A stretch of DNA of 64,000 bases from an uncultured Candidatus Saccharibacteria bacterium (GCA_964390845.1 CAYMIL010000001.1:178448-242447), one strand, 5' to 3'. Counted from the first letter of the stretch, positions 41,189 through 51,580 are shown. The notes: generated by a model from the sequence alone, not told the origin. Program-made: numbers and translations.

Positions 41189-42490
41189 CTATTGTGTATT
41201 ATTAAAAAGCACCTCAAGCTCGTCATGTGCACGATCAACGGCTTCGGCAGGCGTGCGACGACCACCAGTCACAGACTCAATCATTTCTTTAAAGACAGCG
41301 TTTGTCTGATCTCTGTCTGGTTGAAGCCATGCACGAGACTGAATTGCTGCGTCGTAGAACACAGACATATACGCTTCTGTCGGACGCTGTGTAAGCAAAT
41401 CTCGACGAACAGGAGGTAGCTGTATCGTGTTGCTGAGCTCCTGAAGTGCCTGACTGTTGACGAGCATGAGTGCCGCGCTAATCGCCGTGTCTTTGTGCTG
41501 AGATGCTTTTGGAATCGCCCACGCCATCATCCGGCCAAATGTCACTTTTTGTTTTGCTTCTGGAGACTGAGGCAACATTGCCACGTTGAAGTTGAGATTT
41601 GGGTTTTTGCTTTGAATATCTGCCACCTCAGACGCGTACCCCATATAGAGCGCCAGCTGTCCGGCGATAAAGTAATTTTTGGAGAGGGGCAACGATCTGT
41701 TCCATGAATAAAATGGTTTTAGTGGATTACTAAACTCTGTGTAATAAGAAAGTGCGACAGAGGCAGGCACGAGCGGCGCGCCGTTGTTGTCGTCGATTGT
41801 TGATTCAACCTGTGAGCCGGACCGGCGAGAAAGCACGCCCCCCGCCTGCATTGCGAGCGCGCCGAGAACATCCATCGCATTGGAAACATTGGTATATTCA
41901 CCAAGCGACACTACGCTCTGGCGCACGTTTCCACCCTCATCTTTTGTTGTTAGTTTCGGCGCTAGGTCATAGAGCTCACTCCAATATTTAGGAGGCAAGC
42001 TCAAGCCTGCATTTGAAAATATGGTTCTGTTCCAAAACATTACGAGCGGGTCGACAACAAACGGAATACCCATCACACCATCTGGCGCGAGATATAGCTC
42101 ACCCTCTTCAATAAACACGTCTTTGAAATCACGTTCTGAAAGCGACGCGTATGGGATAGGATACACTTTGCTCTGATACTTTACGATAAGGTCCTGTGGC
42201 AAAAAGAATAGATCTGGTGAACGGCCAGATGCGATTTCATTTACAAGGTCCGCCTCAAGCTGTTGTACTGTTTTAGGTACATACGTAATCTGTATGAGTT
42301 TGTTTTGATAGAGCGGTGAGTTTTCTACAAGCGTTGAAAACACCTCACTCGTAAAAGGACCCCACACTGTGAGCGTTACGGGGTTTTGCGTGTTTCCAAA
42401 ACGTCCAACAGCAAAAATCATGACGCCAATCAGAATACATGCACCAAAGATAACCATGAGCACCAACTGAAATTTACTAATTTCCTTCAT
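41189..42490 (-). CDS. Extracellular solute-binding protein (ABC family-1 SBP), orphan (no permease or ATPase nearby)
   Basis: 433 aa with an N-terminal TM/signal anchor and the SBP_bac_1-type fold pattern. Confidence 0.75.
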   Translation of the reverse strand: MKEISKFQLVLMVIFGACILIGVMIFAVGRFGNTQNPVTLTVWGPFTSEVFSTLVENSPLYQNKLIQITYVPKTVQQLEADLVNEIASGRSPDLFFLPQDLIVKYQSKVYPIPYASLSERDFKDVFIEEGELYLAPDGVMGIPFVVDPLVMFWNRTIFSNAGLSLPPKYWSELYDLAPKLTTKDEGGNVRQSVVSLGEYTNVSNAMDVLGALAMQAGGVLSRRSGSQVESTIDDNNGAPLVPASVALSYYTEFSNPLKPFYSWNRSLPLSKNYFIAGQLALYMGYASEVADIQSKNPNLNFNVAMLPQSPEAKQKVTFGRMMAWAIPKASQHKDTAISAALMLVNSQALQELSNTIQLPPVRRDLLTQRPTEAYMSVFYDAAIQSRAWLQPDRDQTNAVFKEMIESVTGGRRTPAEAVDRAHDELEVLFNNTQ

Positions 42491-42491
42491 G

Positions 42492-43016
42492 TTACTTTTT
42501 CTTAAAGATTATTCCGTAATGATGCTTGCCTGCGTCAAATGTTTTCTCGACGGCGAAACCCGCTTCAAACAACGCCTTGCATGCCGATGCGGTAACAATT
42601 GCTTTCGGCTCAGGGCCAAGGCCTCCAAAAGAATCCGTCCAGTCGACAACATAAACCTTTCCGCCAGGCTTAAGGATTCGAGACACTTCCTCACGAAACG
42701 TATCGCGATTGCCTATCTGAAAAAGAAGATTGGCAACAATCACACCATCGACGCATGCATCACGCAGTCGGGTACCTCCCACCTTTTCCGCATCGCCCCA
42801 AATAATTTCAATATTTCGCAGATGCTCTTTTTGCGCATCATTCGCAAGACGAGTAAGTGGCTCTTTTTGAATATCAATCGCGTATATCTTGCCATGTGGA
42901 CCAACAGCGCGCGCGGCAAGTTTTGCATAAAAACCAGGACCAGCGCCAATGTCGGCAAGTGTCATGCCCTGTATCAATGCGAAGTGCTCTATATTTTTTT
43001 CCGGACTAGAGAACAT
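42492..43016 (-). CDS. Class I SAM-dependent methyltransferase
   Basis: Motif I LADIGAGPGFYA and a post-I acidic residue; 174 aa. Confidence 0.8.
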   Translation of the reverse strand: MFSSPEKNIEHFALIQGMTLADIGAGPGFYAKLAARAVGPHGKIYAIDIQKEPLTRLANDAQKEHLRNIEIIWGDAEKVGGTRLRDACVDGVIVANLLFQIGNRDTFREEVSRILKPGGKVYVVDWTDSFGGLGPEPKAIVTASACKALFEAGFAVEKTFDAGKHHYGIIFKKK

Positions 43017-43066
43017 GTCTTTTCATTATACACAAAAAAACCACACAAGTGGTGTGGTTTTTTATC

Positions 43067-45535
43067 CTACAAACAGATGAGTGAAGCAATTTTGTCCCCT
43101 TCTCGCAGTTTCATGATTCGTACACCCTGTGTCTGCCGGCCGAGCTCTGGAATTTCCTTGATATCAACACGGACAACCTGACTCTTTTGTGACATCGCTA
43201 CGACCTCCGTCTCTTCTTCTGTAACAACTTGTGAGCAGATAATGTCGCCTGTTTTTGGAGTTACTTTTGCGGTCTTGATACCACTTCCTCCACGGTTCTG
43301 AATCTTGTATTCATCAATACCTGTCTTTTTTCCGTAGCCGTTTGCAGAAATGACGAGAAGCTCTGGTTTCTTCCATTCTTTTTTCACAACCTGCGCGGCG
43401 ATAACCTTGTCTCCCTTGGAAAGCTTGATAGCGCGAACACCAGCGGCATTGCGACCCATTTCACGGATATCAGATTCCTTGAAATGTATCGACTGACCCT
43501 TTGCCGTTGCAACAACAACACTGTCGCCTTTGTTTACAAACGAAACCGACACAAGCTTGTCTCCATTGTCGAGAGAGATCGCGATAAGACCACTGCGACG
43601 CACTTCATGAAAATGCTCTGCTTTCACCTTTTTCGCTGTTCCTTGTTCGGTAATCATAAAGAGTGAGAGCTCTGCCGCCGCCTTTGTTTCCTTTGGCATC
43701 GCAAGAAGCGATGTTGTGCGCTCATCATCGCCGAGTGAGATAAAATTGACGAGAGATTTTCCCTTTGTCGCGCGCTTACCTTCAGGCAAATCATACATCT
43801 TTATCTGGTACGCCTTTCCTTTATCAGAGAAAAAGAGCATGTCGCTGTGTGTGCTTGCTGTTACGAGCATTGATACGAAATCTTCTTCTTTTGTGTCGAG
43901 GTCGATAACACCAACGCCGCCACGCTTCTGCTTTCGATACTCATCCGGGCTTGTACGCTTCACATAACCGCCCGCAGTAAGCACCAACGCATTTTCTTCA
44001 TCAGGAATAAGATCTTCGACAGAGATTGCTTTCACGCCACCCTTAATCACCGTTGTGCGGCGCTCATCACCATACTTTTCAACAATCTCCTTGAGCTCTG
44101 TCTTGATAATATCCAAAATCATTTTTGGCTTCGACAATATCTCTTTGAGTTTTTTGATAAGCTCCTGAACACTCTTGAGTTCGTCTTCAATCTTCTTTCG
44201 CTCAAGACCCGCGAGCTTCTGGAGTTTCATTTCCAAAATTGCAGTTGCCTGAATGTCTGAGAACTTAAATTCTTTTTTGAGTTCAGCGTGCGCCGTTTCT
44301 ACGTCTTTTGCGGCACGAATCAACTTGATGATTTTGTCGATATGGTCGAGCGCTTTTTTGAGACCAAGCAAAATATGCTCGCGCTCAAGTGCCTTTTTAA
44401 GATCAAACTCTGTGCGACGACGCACGACAGTTTGTCGATGCGAGATAAACTCACCGAGAAACGACTTGAGTGGGAGTGTTTGTGGCACACCGTCGACGAG
44501 CGCGACAAGATTAAAATGAAAAACGTCTTCAAGCTGAGTATGTTTGTAGAGCGAATTGAGCACTTTCTGTGGATGCGTACCGCCCTTGAGGTCGATAACA
44601 ATGCGAATATCTTTTGCAGATTCATCGCGCATACCCTTAATGCCCTCAATTTTCTTTTCACGGACAAGATCAGCAATTTTTACAATCAAATCCTCTTTGA
44701 TAACACGATATGGGATTGAGGTAATCACAATCTGAAATGTCCCCGCTTTTGTTTCAACAATTTCGGCAACACCTCGCGCGACAACGCCTCCACGACCAGT
44801 CGCGTACGCATGGTGAATGTCTTTTTTATTATAAATAATGCCTCCAAGTGGAAAATCCGGACCCTGCACAAACTCAAGCAAGTCTTCTGTGGTCGCGTCT
44901 TTGTTGTCTATCAAATGAATTGTCGCATCCACAACCTCTCGAAGATTGTGCGGAGGAATGTTGGTTGCCATACCCACAGCAATACCGAGCGTACCATTGA
45001 GAAGTAGGTTTGGCACCGCCGCAGGAAGCACAACAGGCTCCTTTTTTGTGCCGTCATAGTTTGGACGAAAATCTACCGTGTCTTTGTCGATATCTCGAAG
45101 CATTTCTCCAGCAATGCGTGACATTTTTGCTTCAGTGTATCGGTATGCCGCCGCGCCATCGCCGTCGACAGATCCGAAATTTCCCTGACCGATAATGAGC
45201 GGATAACGGAAGCTGAAATCTTGTGCCATTTTTACCATGGCATCGTACACAGCAACGTCGCCGTGTGGGTGATAACTTCCGATCACGTCTCCCACCACGG
45301 TCGCCGACTTTCGAGTTTTCGCAGAAGCAGTCAAACCCTTTTCTCCCATAGAAAAAAGAATGCGGCGATGTACAGGCTTGAGACCATCACGAATATCTGG
45401 GAGTGCACGCGATGTAATAACGGACATCGCGTAGTCCAAATACGAATCCTTCATTTCTGCCGTAATTTCACGCGGCAAAACAACGCCCCCTGAGGCGTCT
45501 TCTGTTACATCTACTCGTTCATCCTTTTTGGCCAT
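43067..45535 (-). CDS. gyrA: DNA gyrase subunit A
   Basis: 822 aa with an N-terminal breakage-reunion domain containing the active-site Tyr region, followed by a beta-pinwheel CTD. Confidence 0.95.
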   Translation of the reverse strand: MAKKDERVDVTEDASGGVVLPREITAEMKDSYLDYAMSVITSRALPDIRDGLKPVHRRILFSMGEKGLTASAKTRKSATVVGDVIGSYHPHGDVAVYDAMVKMAQDFSFRYPLIIGQGNFGSVDGDGAAAYRYTEAKMSRIAGEMLRDIDKDTVDFRPNYDGTKKEPVVLPAAVPNLLLNGTLGIAVGMATNIPPHNLREVVDATIHLIDNKDATTEDLLEFVQGPDFPLGGIIYNKKDIHHAYATGRGGVVARGVAEIVETKAGTFQIVITSIPYRVIKEDLIVKIADLVREKKIEGIKGMRDESAKDIRIVIDLKGGTHPQKVLNSLYKHTQLEDVFHFNLVALVDGVPQTLPLKSFLGEFISHRQTVVRRRTEFDLKKALEREHILLGLKKALDHIDKIIKLIRAAKDVETAHAELKKEFKFSDIQATAILEMKLQKLAGLERKKIEDELKSVQELIKKLKEILSKPKMILDIIKTELKEIVEKYGDERRTTVIKGGVKAISVEDLIPDEENALVLTAGGYVKRTSPDEYRKQKRGGVGVIDLDTKEEDFVSMLVTASTHSDMLFFSDKGKAYQIKMYDLPEGKRATKGKSLVNFISLGDDERTTSLLAMPKETKAAAELSLFMITEQGTAKKVKAEHFHEVRRSGLIAISLDNGDKLVSVSFVNKGDSVVVATAKGQSIHFKESDIREMGRNAAGVRAIKLSKGDKVIAAQVVKKEWKKPELLVISANGYGKKTGIDEYKIQNRGGSGIKTAKVTPKTGDIICSQVVTEEETEVVAMSQKSQVVRVDIKEIPELGRQTQGVRIMKLREGDKIASLICL

Positions 45536-45592
45536 ATATAGCGGTATTATAGCACGAAACCGGTCCTTTCGGAAGCTAGTATTTCTGCCTTT

Positions 45593-45898
45593 TTATTGTG
45601 TATATGTATGCACAAAATCAGCTTTGTACTCGACATTCTGCGAGTCATGAATCTTTTGTGTCACATTCTTAATATTGCCCGTAAGACTAGACAGCACGTT
45701 TGCAATACTGACGCGCGCTGATGAGATCGGATCGAGCAAGTGTCGCTGTGCTGTCTTTGCCTCACCCGACACACCGGGTGCGCGGACAGACATCCATACC
45801 ACAAACACAACAAGTGTCAGCGCAAACGCCGTGGCAAACGCATACGCATGTCGTTGTTGCTCAGAAGATTGTCGCACTTTTTCAATAATGCGTCGCAT
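45593..45898 (-). CDS. Small single-TM hypothetical protein
   Basis: 101 aa with one hydrophobic helix (AFATAFALTLVVFVVWMSV). Confidence 0.5.
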   Translation of the reverse strand: MRRIIEKVRQSSEQQRHAYAFATAFALTLVVFVVWMSVRAPGVSGEAKTAQRHLLDPISSARVSIANVLSSLTGNIKNVTQKIHDSQNVEYKADFVHTYTQ

Positions 45899-45903
45899 AG
45901 TTT

Positions 45904-46563
45904 TTACAATGTTGGCTCGAGGACAACAACATCGCCCTCTTTACCTTCAAGATCTTTCTTCTTAATGGTTAATTTGTCGACGGGCTTCACAGACTCCTCG
46001 CCTCCTTCTTTGAGAAAAGTCTTAAGTGCATTTTTATCGCCAATATCACCATAATGCATCGGGATGATGAGCTTTGGCTCAAGTGATGCCGCAAGTTTGT
46101 ATGCCTGAGACGGATCGAGCACACCCTCTCCACCAATCGGCACAAAAAGAATATCTACTTCATCTATCTCCTCAAGCATGTCGCTTGGAAGTGGGCCGTT
46201 GAGTGCACCGAGGAAACACAGGTTGATACCCTCAAGGAGCACTGTATAGATAGTGTTGAGACGAGGTGCTCCAGCATAGTGTGATTCTGACTGAAAACCC
46301 TTGATGAAAACCTCTTTTATCTCATACTCGCCTGGGCCGGAAATGACGAAGGGCATTCTATCGCCCCGAGACGCCATGTCTGCGCCGTTGAAATCTGGAT
46401 GGTTGGTCGAGACAAGGGCAATATCTGCTCCGTATTTAATAGATTTAAACTTCGAATCTTTCGATACAGGGTTGTAGGCAATAATAATATCGCCAAACTG
46501 AACTTTGAATGATTCGACTCCTTGGTATGAAATAATCATGAGTCCATTATATGGAATTTTCAT
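45904..46563 (-). CDS. MBL-fold metallo-hydrolase (UPF0173-like)
   Basis: 219 aa. Blocks such as ADIALVSTNHPDF, DILFVPIGGE and PMHYG are typical of short MBL-fold hydrolases. Confidence 0.7.
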   Translation of the reverse strand: MKIPYNGLMIISYQGVESFKVQFGDIIIAYNPVSKDSKFKSIKYGADIALVSTNHPDFNGADMASRGDRMPFVISGPGEYEIKEVFIKGFQSESHYAGAPRLNTIYTVLLEGINLCFLGALNGPLPSDMLEEIDEVDILFVPIGGEGVLDPSQAYKLAASLEPKLIIPMHYGDIGDKNALKTFLKEGGEESVKPVDKLTIKKKDLEGKEGDVVVLEPTL

Positions 46564-46725
46564 AAAAAAGAAACCGCCCCTTACAGCATAGACAAAACGC
46601 CATTTCCATGTATAATTCCCCCTACGCCTGATTCCTCCGTTTTGTAGGGATTTTATGTGAGAAAAGGCAACAGTGTAGCGCTTCGGCTCACACGTAGCGC
46701 ATATTATTAATTAAGCAGTATTGTA

Positions 46726-47886
46726 ATGAGTATTAAAGAAAAAATTGTAAAAGCGGCAAAGTCGGTCGTGGAAGAAATTGCAGGCACCGACAACCATGAG
46801 GAGTCTGCGGAATCAAAGGCAAAAAAGGATTCTGTCATGACAGACATCCTCACTAAGACAGACACCCCTCCTTCTCCCGGAGATCTCGTCGAGGGACCTG
46901 TCATTGGTATTGAAAAGAACGCGGTTTATGTAAACATCGCGCCATTCGGCACTGGTATCATTTTCGGAAAAGAGTTTATCAGCGCGCGAGACGTTATTAA
47001 GAAAATCAACATTGGCGACAATGTTGCCGGAAAAGTTGTCACTCTCGACAATAAGGACGGCTATATTGAAATCTCTCTCAAAGAAGCACGCCAGGCGCTC
47101 ATCTGGGGCGAAGCAGAAGCGGCTATTGCAGAGAAGACTATTTACGAAATTCCTGTACAGGACGCAAACAAAGGTGGTCTTATCCTCGTATGGCAAGGTA
47201 TCACTGGATTCCTTCCAGCATCTCAGCTTAAAACTGAGCACTACCCTCGCGTAGCGGATGGCGACAAAGACAAGATTCTCGAAGAGCTCAAAAAGCTCAT
47301 CGGTCAGAAAATTGCAGTATCTATCATCGGCGCAATTCCAAAAGAAGGAAAACTTATCTTCTCTGAAAAGAGTCCCGAACTCAAAAACAAAGAGAAAATT
47401 ATCGGCAAGTATACTGTCGGTGATGAAGTAAACGGTGAAGTTACGGGCGTTGTAGACTTCGGCGTATTTATGAAACTCGAAGAAGGTCTCGAGGGTCTCG
47501 TACACATTTCAGAGATCGACTGGACACTCGTCGAAAACCCTAAGCTCATGTTTAAGGTTGGCGATAAGGTTCGTGTAAAGATTATTGAAATCAAAGACGG
47601 AAAGATTTCTCTTTCTATCAAGGCACTCAAAACAAACCCTTGGAAAGAAGCGGAGAAGAAATACAAGAAAGATGACGTAGTGCAGGGTGTCATCATCAAG
47701 TTCAATAAGCATGGCGCGCTCGCATCGATCGAAGAAGGCATCGCGGGCCTCGTGCACATCTCAGAGTTTGGAAGTGAGGCAAAGCTTCGAGAAAAACTTT
47801 CTCTTGGCAAAAGCTACACCTTCAAAATCACACTCTTTGATGCGAAGGACCAGAAAATGGCACTCTCATTTATCGGAGAAAAATAG
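46726..47886 (+). CDS. rpsA: 30S ribosomal protein S1 (short, ~4 S1 domains)
   Basis: 386 aa with repeated S1-domain OB-fold signatures (GxV.G.V....G.FV). Confidence 0.85.
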   Translation: MSIKEKIVKAAKSVVEEIAGTDNHEESAESKAKKDSVMTDILTKTDTPPSPGDLVEGPVIGIEKNAVYVNIAPFGTGIIFGKEFISARDVIKKINIGDNVAGKVVTLDNKDGYIEISLKEARQALIWGEAEAAIAEKTIYEIPVQDANKGGLILVWQGITGFLPASQLKTEHYPRVADGDKDKILEELKKLIGQKIAVSIIGAIPKEGKLIFSEKSPELKNKEKIIGKYTVGDEVNGEVTGVVDFGVFMKLEEGLEGLVHISEIDWTLVENPKLMFKVGDKVRVKIIEIKDGKISLSIKALKTNPWKEAEKKYKKDDVVQGVIIKFNKHGALASIEEGIAGLVHISEFGSEAKLREKLSLGKSYTFKITLFDAKDQKMALSFIGEK

Positions 47887-47911
47887 TTTCGCAGAAAATT
47901 AAAGGACGAAA

Positions 47912-47940
47912 AAAAACGCTGGTCGCAAGACCAGCGTTTT
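47912..47940. terminator. Bidirectional terminator between rpsA (+) and cassette F (-)
   Basis: aaaaaaAACGCTGGTCgcaaGACCAGCGTTtt. Confidence 0.8.
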
Positions 47941-47946
47941 CGGTTG

Positions 47947-48507
47947 TCACGCGTGCGCGTGAGTACGGGCGTATTTACGCACCACTTCTTCAGTCACACC
48001 CGTCTTCTCTGCAATCACAGGCACATCATCGTCCCACGAAGGACTCATGCCACGATGCCTGCTCAGAAACTGCCCGATTCTGTTGAAATCGGCCTCTTGA
48101 CTGAACCTCTTTGCCTGCGCAGCCGTCGGCGGCTTACGAATGTGTGGCGCATTCTTGACCCTGATACTGTAGCTGCGCACACCAGAGATGTTCGACGTGA
48201 GAACAATTTCAAGCTTGGGAAAGGGCTTGATGATTTCACCGAGCATACCACTGATGCGTTGCAGTTCCTCCTGATTGAGACGAACGTATCGATCTGGCTC
48301 AATTTCCATCTTTCGACGCTTGTCGGTATGCGGAATCCAGACATCAATCACGCTCCAGCCAAAACCATAGCGGGAGATCACGTTCATTCCGATAGTCCCC
48401 CTGTAGCGCTCTGCGACCTCCTCAATCTTCTGTTGAAGCTGCCGATTGCAAGCCTTAAGAACAGGTCTTACTTTCTCCCAATCAACATAGACCTTTTGAA
48501 ACGTCAT
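47947..48507 (-). CDS. Cassette F (moderately GC-rich): hypothetical soluble protein (186 aa)
   Basis: A strong Shine-Dalgarno (AAGGAGGAAG) lies 3-6 nt before the ATG at 48507. A TTGACA-containing promoter lies upstream. No recognisable family. Confidence 0.55.
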   Translation of the reverse strand: MTFQKVYVDWEKVRPVLKACNRQLQQKIEEVAERYRGTIGMNVISRYGFGWSVIDVWIPHTDKRRKMEIEPDRYVRLNQEELQRISGMLGEIIKPFPKLEIVLTSNISGVRSYSIRVKNAPHIRKPPTAAQAKRFSQEADFNRIGQFLSRHRGMSPSWDDDVPVIAEKTGVTEEVVRKYARTHAHA

Positions 48508-48978
48508 GTGCTTCCTCCTTTTGTAAATAGACGTGATGTTCGAAACGTGCCTTAGGCACACATGTGCAATGTACGACGATTTTTATAATGGCATTATAAA
48601 AATAATTTGTCAAATCTCCATCTCGCCCACCCCAACAAAAGCCCCGCGAGGGGCTTTTGTGTTTGGAGAGATAGCGATATACTTTCACATAGAACGACTT
48701 CCGATGGGTCATGTGATTGATGTGGGAATTGGATACCCCCACTGGTAGCCGCGAGATATGCGGGATACTACGAGTCGGATTGAGCACTCCTGCGTGTGCT
48801 TCGGGATGGACCCCCGATGGCAAGGACCACCCAGTGTCTCAGGTCACATGTACAAAAAGGCATCCCGTGTGGTTGGGTGCATACCCATCGCAAGAACAAG
48901 CTGATAGGGTTGAAGCGAAAAACCACCCTGCAGTACAACCTGCCGCGACCGGAATGCGATAACCGGGACAATAGTACT

Positions 48979-49021
48979 GAGCGCGCCGTAGTCCGAGACG
49001 GCGCGCTCTTATTTTTTATTT
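48979..49021 (+). terminator. Strong plus-strand intrinsic terminator with no annotated upstream plus-strand gene
   Basis: GAGCGCGCCGTagtccgagACGGCGCGCTC followed by ttattttttatttt. Confidence 0.75.
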
Positions 49022-49636
49022 TCCATTAAACTCCCCCATTGCTGTTTCGCGCGCCATTCGAATACCTTTCGCAGAAGAACCACCAGACACAAGCACCTCC
49101 ACAGCACTCACTGCCTGCCGAGTAACCTTCTGTAGCTCTTTCATCTCTGCGTCACGAAATACACCGAGAATAAAATCTTGCACCGCAACGTCACCTGATG
49201 GTTTTTTCATTTTCCCTGTTGGCGTTTTTGGAGAAATACCCACACGAATACGGGTAAATGCCTCTGTCTTAAGCGAACGAATAATAGACTCAACACCGCG
49301 ATGTCCGCCCGAACTTCGATTGAAAGAAATTTTCATCGCACCAAGTGGCAAATCGAGATCATCGTAGACAACAATAAGCTGTTCTGCTTTCTTTTCATCG
49401 GTCACCAGCGGCGCAACACTTTGTCCTGATTTGTTCATAAATGTCTCAGGCATGACGAGCTTTATCTTTTTTCCTGAAAGCTCCCCAGAAGAAACAAGCG
49501 CGTTGAGCACACCATCTTTTTTCCACGGAGAAAAATCACCTGCACGATGCACCGCAGACAAGACAATGCGCCCGACATTATGCCGAGTCTGTTCGTAGTC
49601 TGCCCCAGGATTGCCGAGTCCAACAAGAATATACAT
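49016..49636 (-). CDS. pth: Peptidyl-tRNA hydrolase
   Basis: ILVGLGNPG...YDDLDLPLG...H motifs; internal Met start. Confidence 0.9.
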   Translation of the reverse strand: MYILVGLGNPGADYEQTRHNVGRIVLSAVHRAGDFSPWKKDGVLNALVSSGELSGKKIKLVMPETFMNKSGQSVAPLVTDEKKAEQLIVVYDDLDLPLGAMKISFNRSSGGHRGVESIIRSLKTEAFTRIRVGISPKTPTGKMKKPSGDVAVQDFILGVFRDAEMKELQKVTRQAVSAVEVLVSGGSSAKGIRMARETAMGEFNGK

Positions 49637-49725
49637 GGTGATTATCTTTACTATGTGTGTGGAATATTGTACCACGATACGCCTCTATTGTGCCGGAATG
49701 ATATTTGCAGTAAAATTTCTCCATC

Positions 49726-50331
49726 ATGACTGAGCAAGAATCTCCACAGATACAACAACCTGCTCAACAGCAAAAAAAGTCCGGCGGTTTTTTTTGGGAA
49801 ATCGTGAAGTTTACGATTTTCGCCGCAATTATTGTCTTCCCTATACGTTTTTTTATTGCTCAACCATTCGTCGTTAGTGGCGCATCAATGGACCCCACAT
49901 TTAAAAACGGTGAATACCTGATTGTCGATCAAATTTCATATAAAATTGAAGCGCCACATCGCGAGGACGTTATCGTGTTCAGGTATCCAAACGACAAAAC
50001 AAAGTTTTTCATCAAGCGCATTATTGGATTGCCAGGAGAAACTGTTGAAATCCGCGGGGGCACGGTACACATTAAAAACCCTGCGCATCCCGACGGCGAA
50101 GTGCTGGTAGAAAACTACATCGCTCCAGAACACCAGAAGCAAGACACCGTCACCATGACCCTCAAAGACAACGAATATTTTGTTATGGGCGACAACCGAA
50201 GTGGAAGCTCTGATTCGCGCATGTGGGGTCCGGTGGGTACCGACCTCATCATGGGTCGACCATTTGTACGACTCCTTCCGTTAAGCCGCATCGACCTCTT
50301 CCCTGGCACCGACAGAAATGATCAACAATAA
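49726..50331 (+). CDS. lepB: Signal peptidase I
   Basis: SGASMDPT (catalytic Ser box), KRIIGLPGE and GDNRSGSSDSR boxes. Confidence 0.92.
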   Translation: MTEQESPQIQQPAQQQKKSGGFFWEIVKFTIFAAIIVFPIRFFIAQPFVVSGASMDPTFKNGEYLIVDQISYKIEAPHREDVIVFRYPNDKTKFFIKRIIGLPGETVEIRGGTVHIKNPAHPDGEVLVENYIAPEHQKQDTVTMTLKDNEYFVMGDNRSGSSDSRMWGPVGTDLIMGRPFVRLLPLSRIDLFPGTDRNDQQ

Positions 50332-51580
50332 GCATACAGTACCGACCATGAATTCCGGATCACGCACAAAGCATGCACAAAAACAGGCACCGTATCTGCT
50401 CAAAGAGCTCGATCGAGTAGCTGACATCGCTTCGTTTTTCGGCTTCACCCCCATAAAAACACCCGACATCACAAAAGAAGACGTAAGCAAAGCATCGTCA
50501 TTCAAAAGCGGGTCCGCACGAACACTCAACGAAGAACAAGAAGGACTCACCGCCACTCCTGAGGAAAAAATTGCCCTTTTGCGTACATATCTCGAAAACG
50601 ACATGGCATCCCTTCCTCATCCACTCATGCTCTATTACCGAAAGCCATTTGGTGGCCTTTCGGCACGCAAGCGTTCAACACTATTTCAGTGTGGACTCGA
50701 CATCATCGGCACCGCAAACAGTGTTGCTGAAGCACTTGTAATAAAAACACTCTGCGCGATTCTCACCGAACAAGGATTCGGTGACCTCTCCATAGACATC
50801 AACACACTTGGCGACAAAGATTCTGCCGCTCGTTTCGATCGCGAGCTTGCTTCGTATATCCGAAAACATGTCGGAGAAATGTCACCTGAATTGAGAGCTG
50901 CGGTAAAAAAGGATCCCCTCGAATTGTTGCGCTGGATTGATGAGCGAGACGCTCGTGTCTGCGAACATGCCCCAAAACCAATGGGCTTTTTAAGCGAACC
51001 GAGCATCCAGCACTTCAAAGAAGTCCTCGAATATCTAGAAACACTCAACATTCCATACCGCATCAACGACCGTCTCATCAGTGACAGAAGCTACTGCTCC
51101 CATACTATCTTTGAAATCCGCGGCACAGGTGGCCCTCGTAAAGAACAAGAGTCTGTACTTCTTGCAACAGGGTGCCGACACAACTACATCTCAAAAAAGG
51201 TTGGTTTTAAAAAAGATATACCCATGATGAGTGGTACGATTTGTTTCAAAAAAACACCTGATATGGTGCTCAAAATCACCGTTCGAAAAATCCAGCGCCC
51301 GAAGTTTTATTTCATCCAACTCGGCTTCAAAGCACGCCTCAAAAGCCTTATTATCATCGACACCCTACGAAAAGCACGCATTCCGGTATATCATGCCCTT
51401 ACCAAAGAAAAGCTCGTCAACCAGCTTGCCACAGCAGAACACGTCAAACCCTCTCATCTCATCATTATGGGCCAAAAAGAGGCCCTTGATGACACGGTCG
51501 TTATCCGACATATCGACACCCGAGCGCAAGACATTGTGAGCCTAGCGGAGCTTTCCCGATACTTGCAACGGCTTAAGTAG
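50318..51580 (+). CDS. Histidyl-tRNA synthetase-like protein with degenerate catalytic motifs (divergent HisRS or HisZ-like paralog retaining the anticodon-binding domain)
   Basis: Collinear with HisRS. The LTATPEEK...R block is similar to LTLRPEGT; motif 2 reads RKRSTLFQCGLDIIG; motif 3 is degenerate; a C-terminal anticodon-binding-like domain is present. It overlaps the lepB 3' end by 14 nt. Confidence 0.55.
   Translation: MINNKHTVPTMNSGSRTKHAQKQAPYLLKELDRVADIASFFGFTPIKTPDITKEDVSKASSFKSGSARTLNEEQEGLTATPEEKIALLRTYLENDMASLPHPLMLYYRKPFGGLSARKRSTLFQCGLDIIGTANSVAEALVIKTLCAILTEQGFGDLSIDINTLGDKDSAARFDRELASYIRKHVGEMSPELRAAVKKDPLELLRWIDERDARVCEHAPKPMGFLSEPSIQHFKEVLEYLETLNIPYRINDRLISDRSYCSHTIFEIRGTGGPRKEQESVLLATGCRHNYISKKVGFKKDIPMMSGTICFKKTPDMVLKITVRKIQRPKFYFIQLGFKARLKSLIIIDTLRKARIPVYHALTKEKLVNQLATAEHVKPSHLIIMGQKEALDDTVVIRHIDTRAQDIVSLAELSRYLQRLK

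Noticed and set aside
46813-47505. 230-aa minus-strand ORF antisense to rpsA
   Set aside because: rpsA on the plus strand shows repeated S1-domain signatures. The antisense frame has no support.
48660-49010. RNase P RNA, tmRNA or SRP RNA in the GC-rich intergenic region
   Set aside because: I could not find the P4 GGAAAGUCCGG/ACAGAACCCGGCUUA, the tmRNA tRNA-like ends or the SRP domain IV motifs by eye. It is kept only as an unclassified ncRNA candidate.
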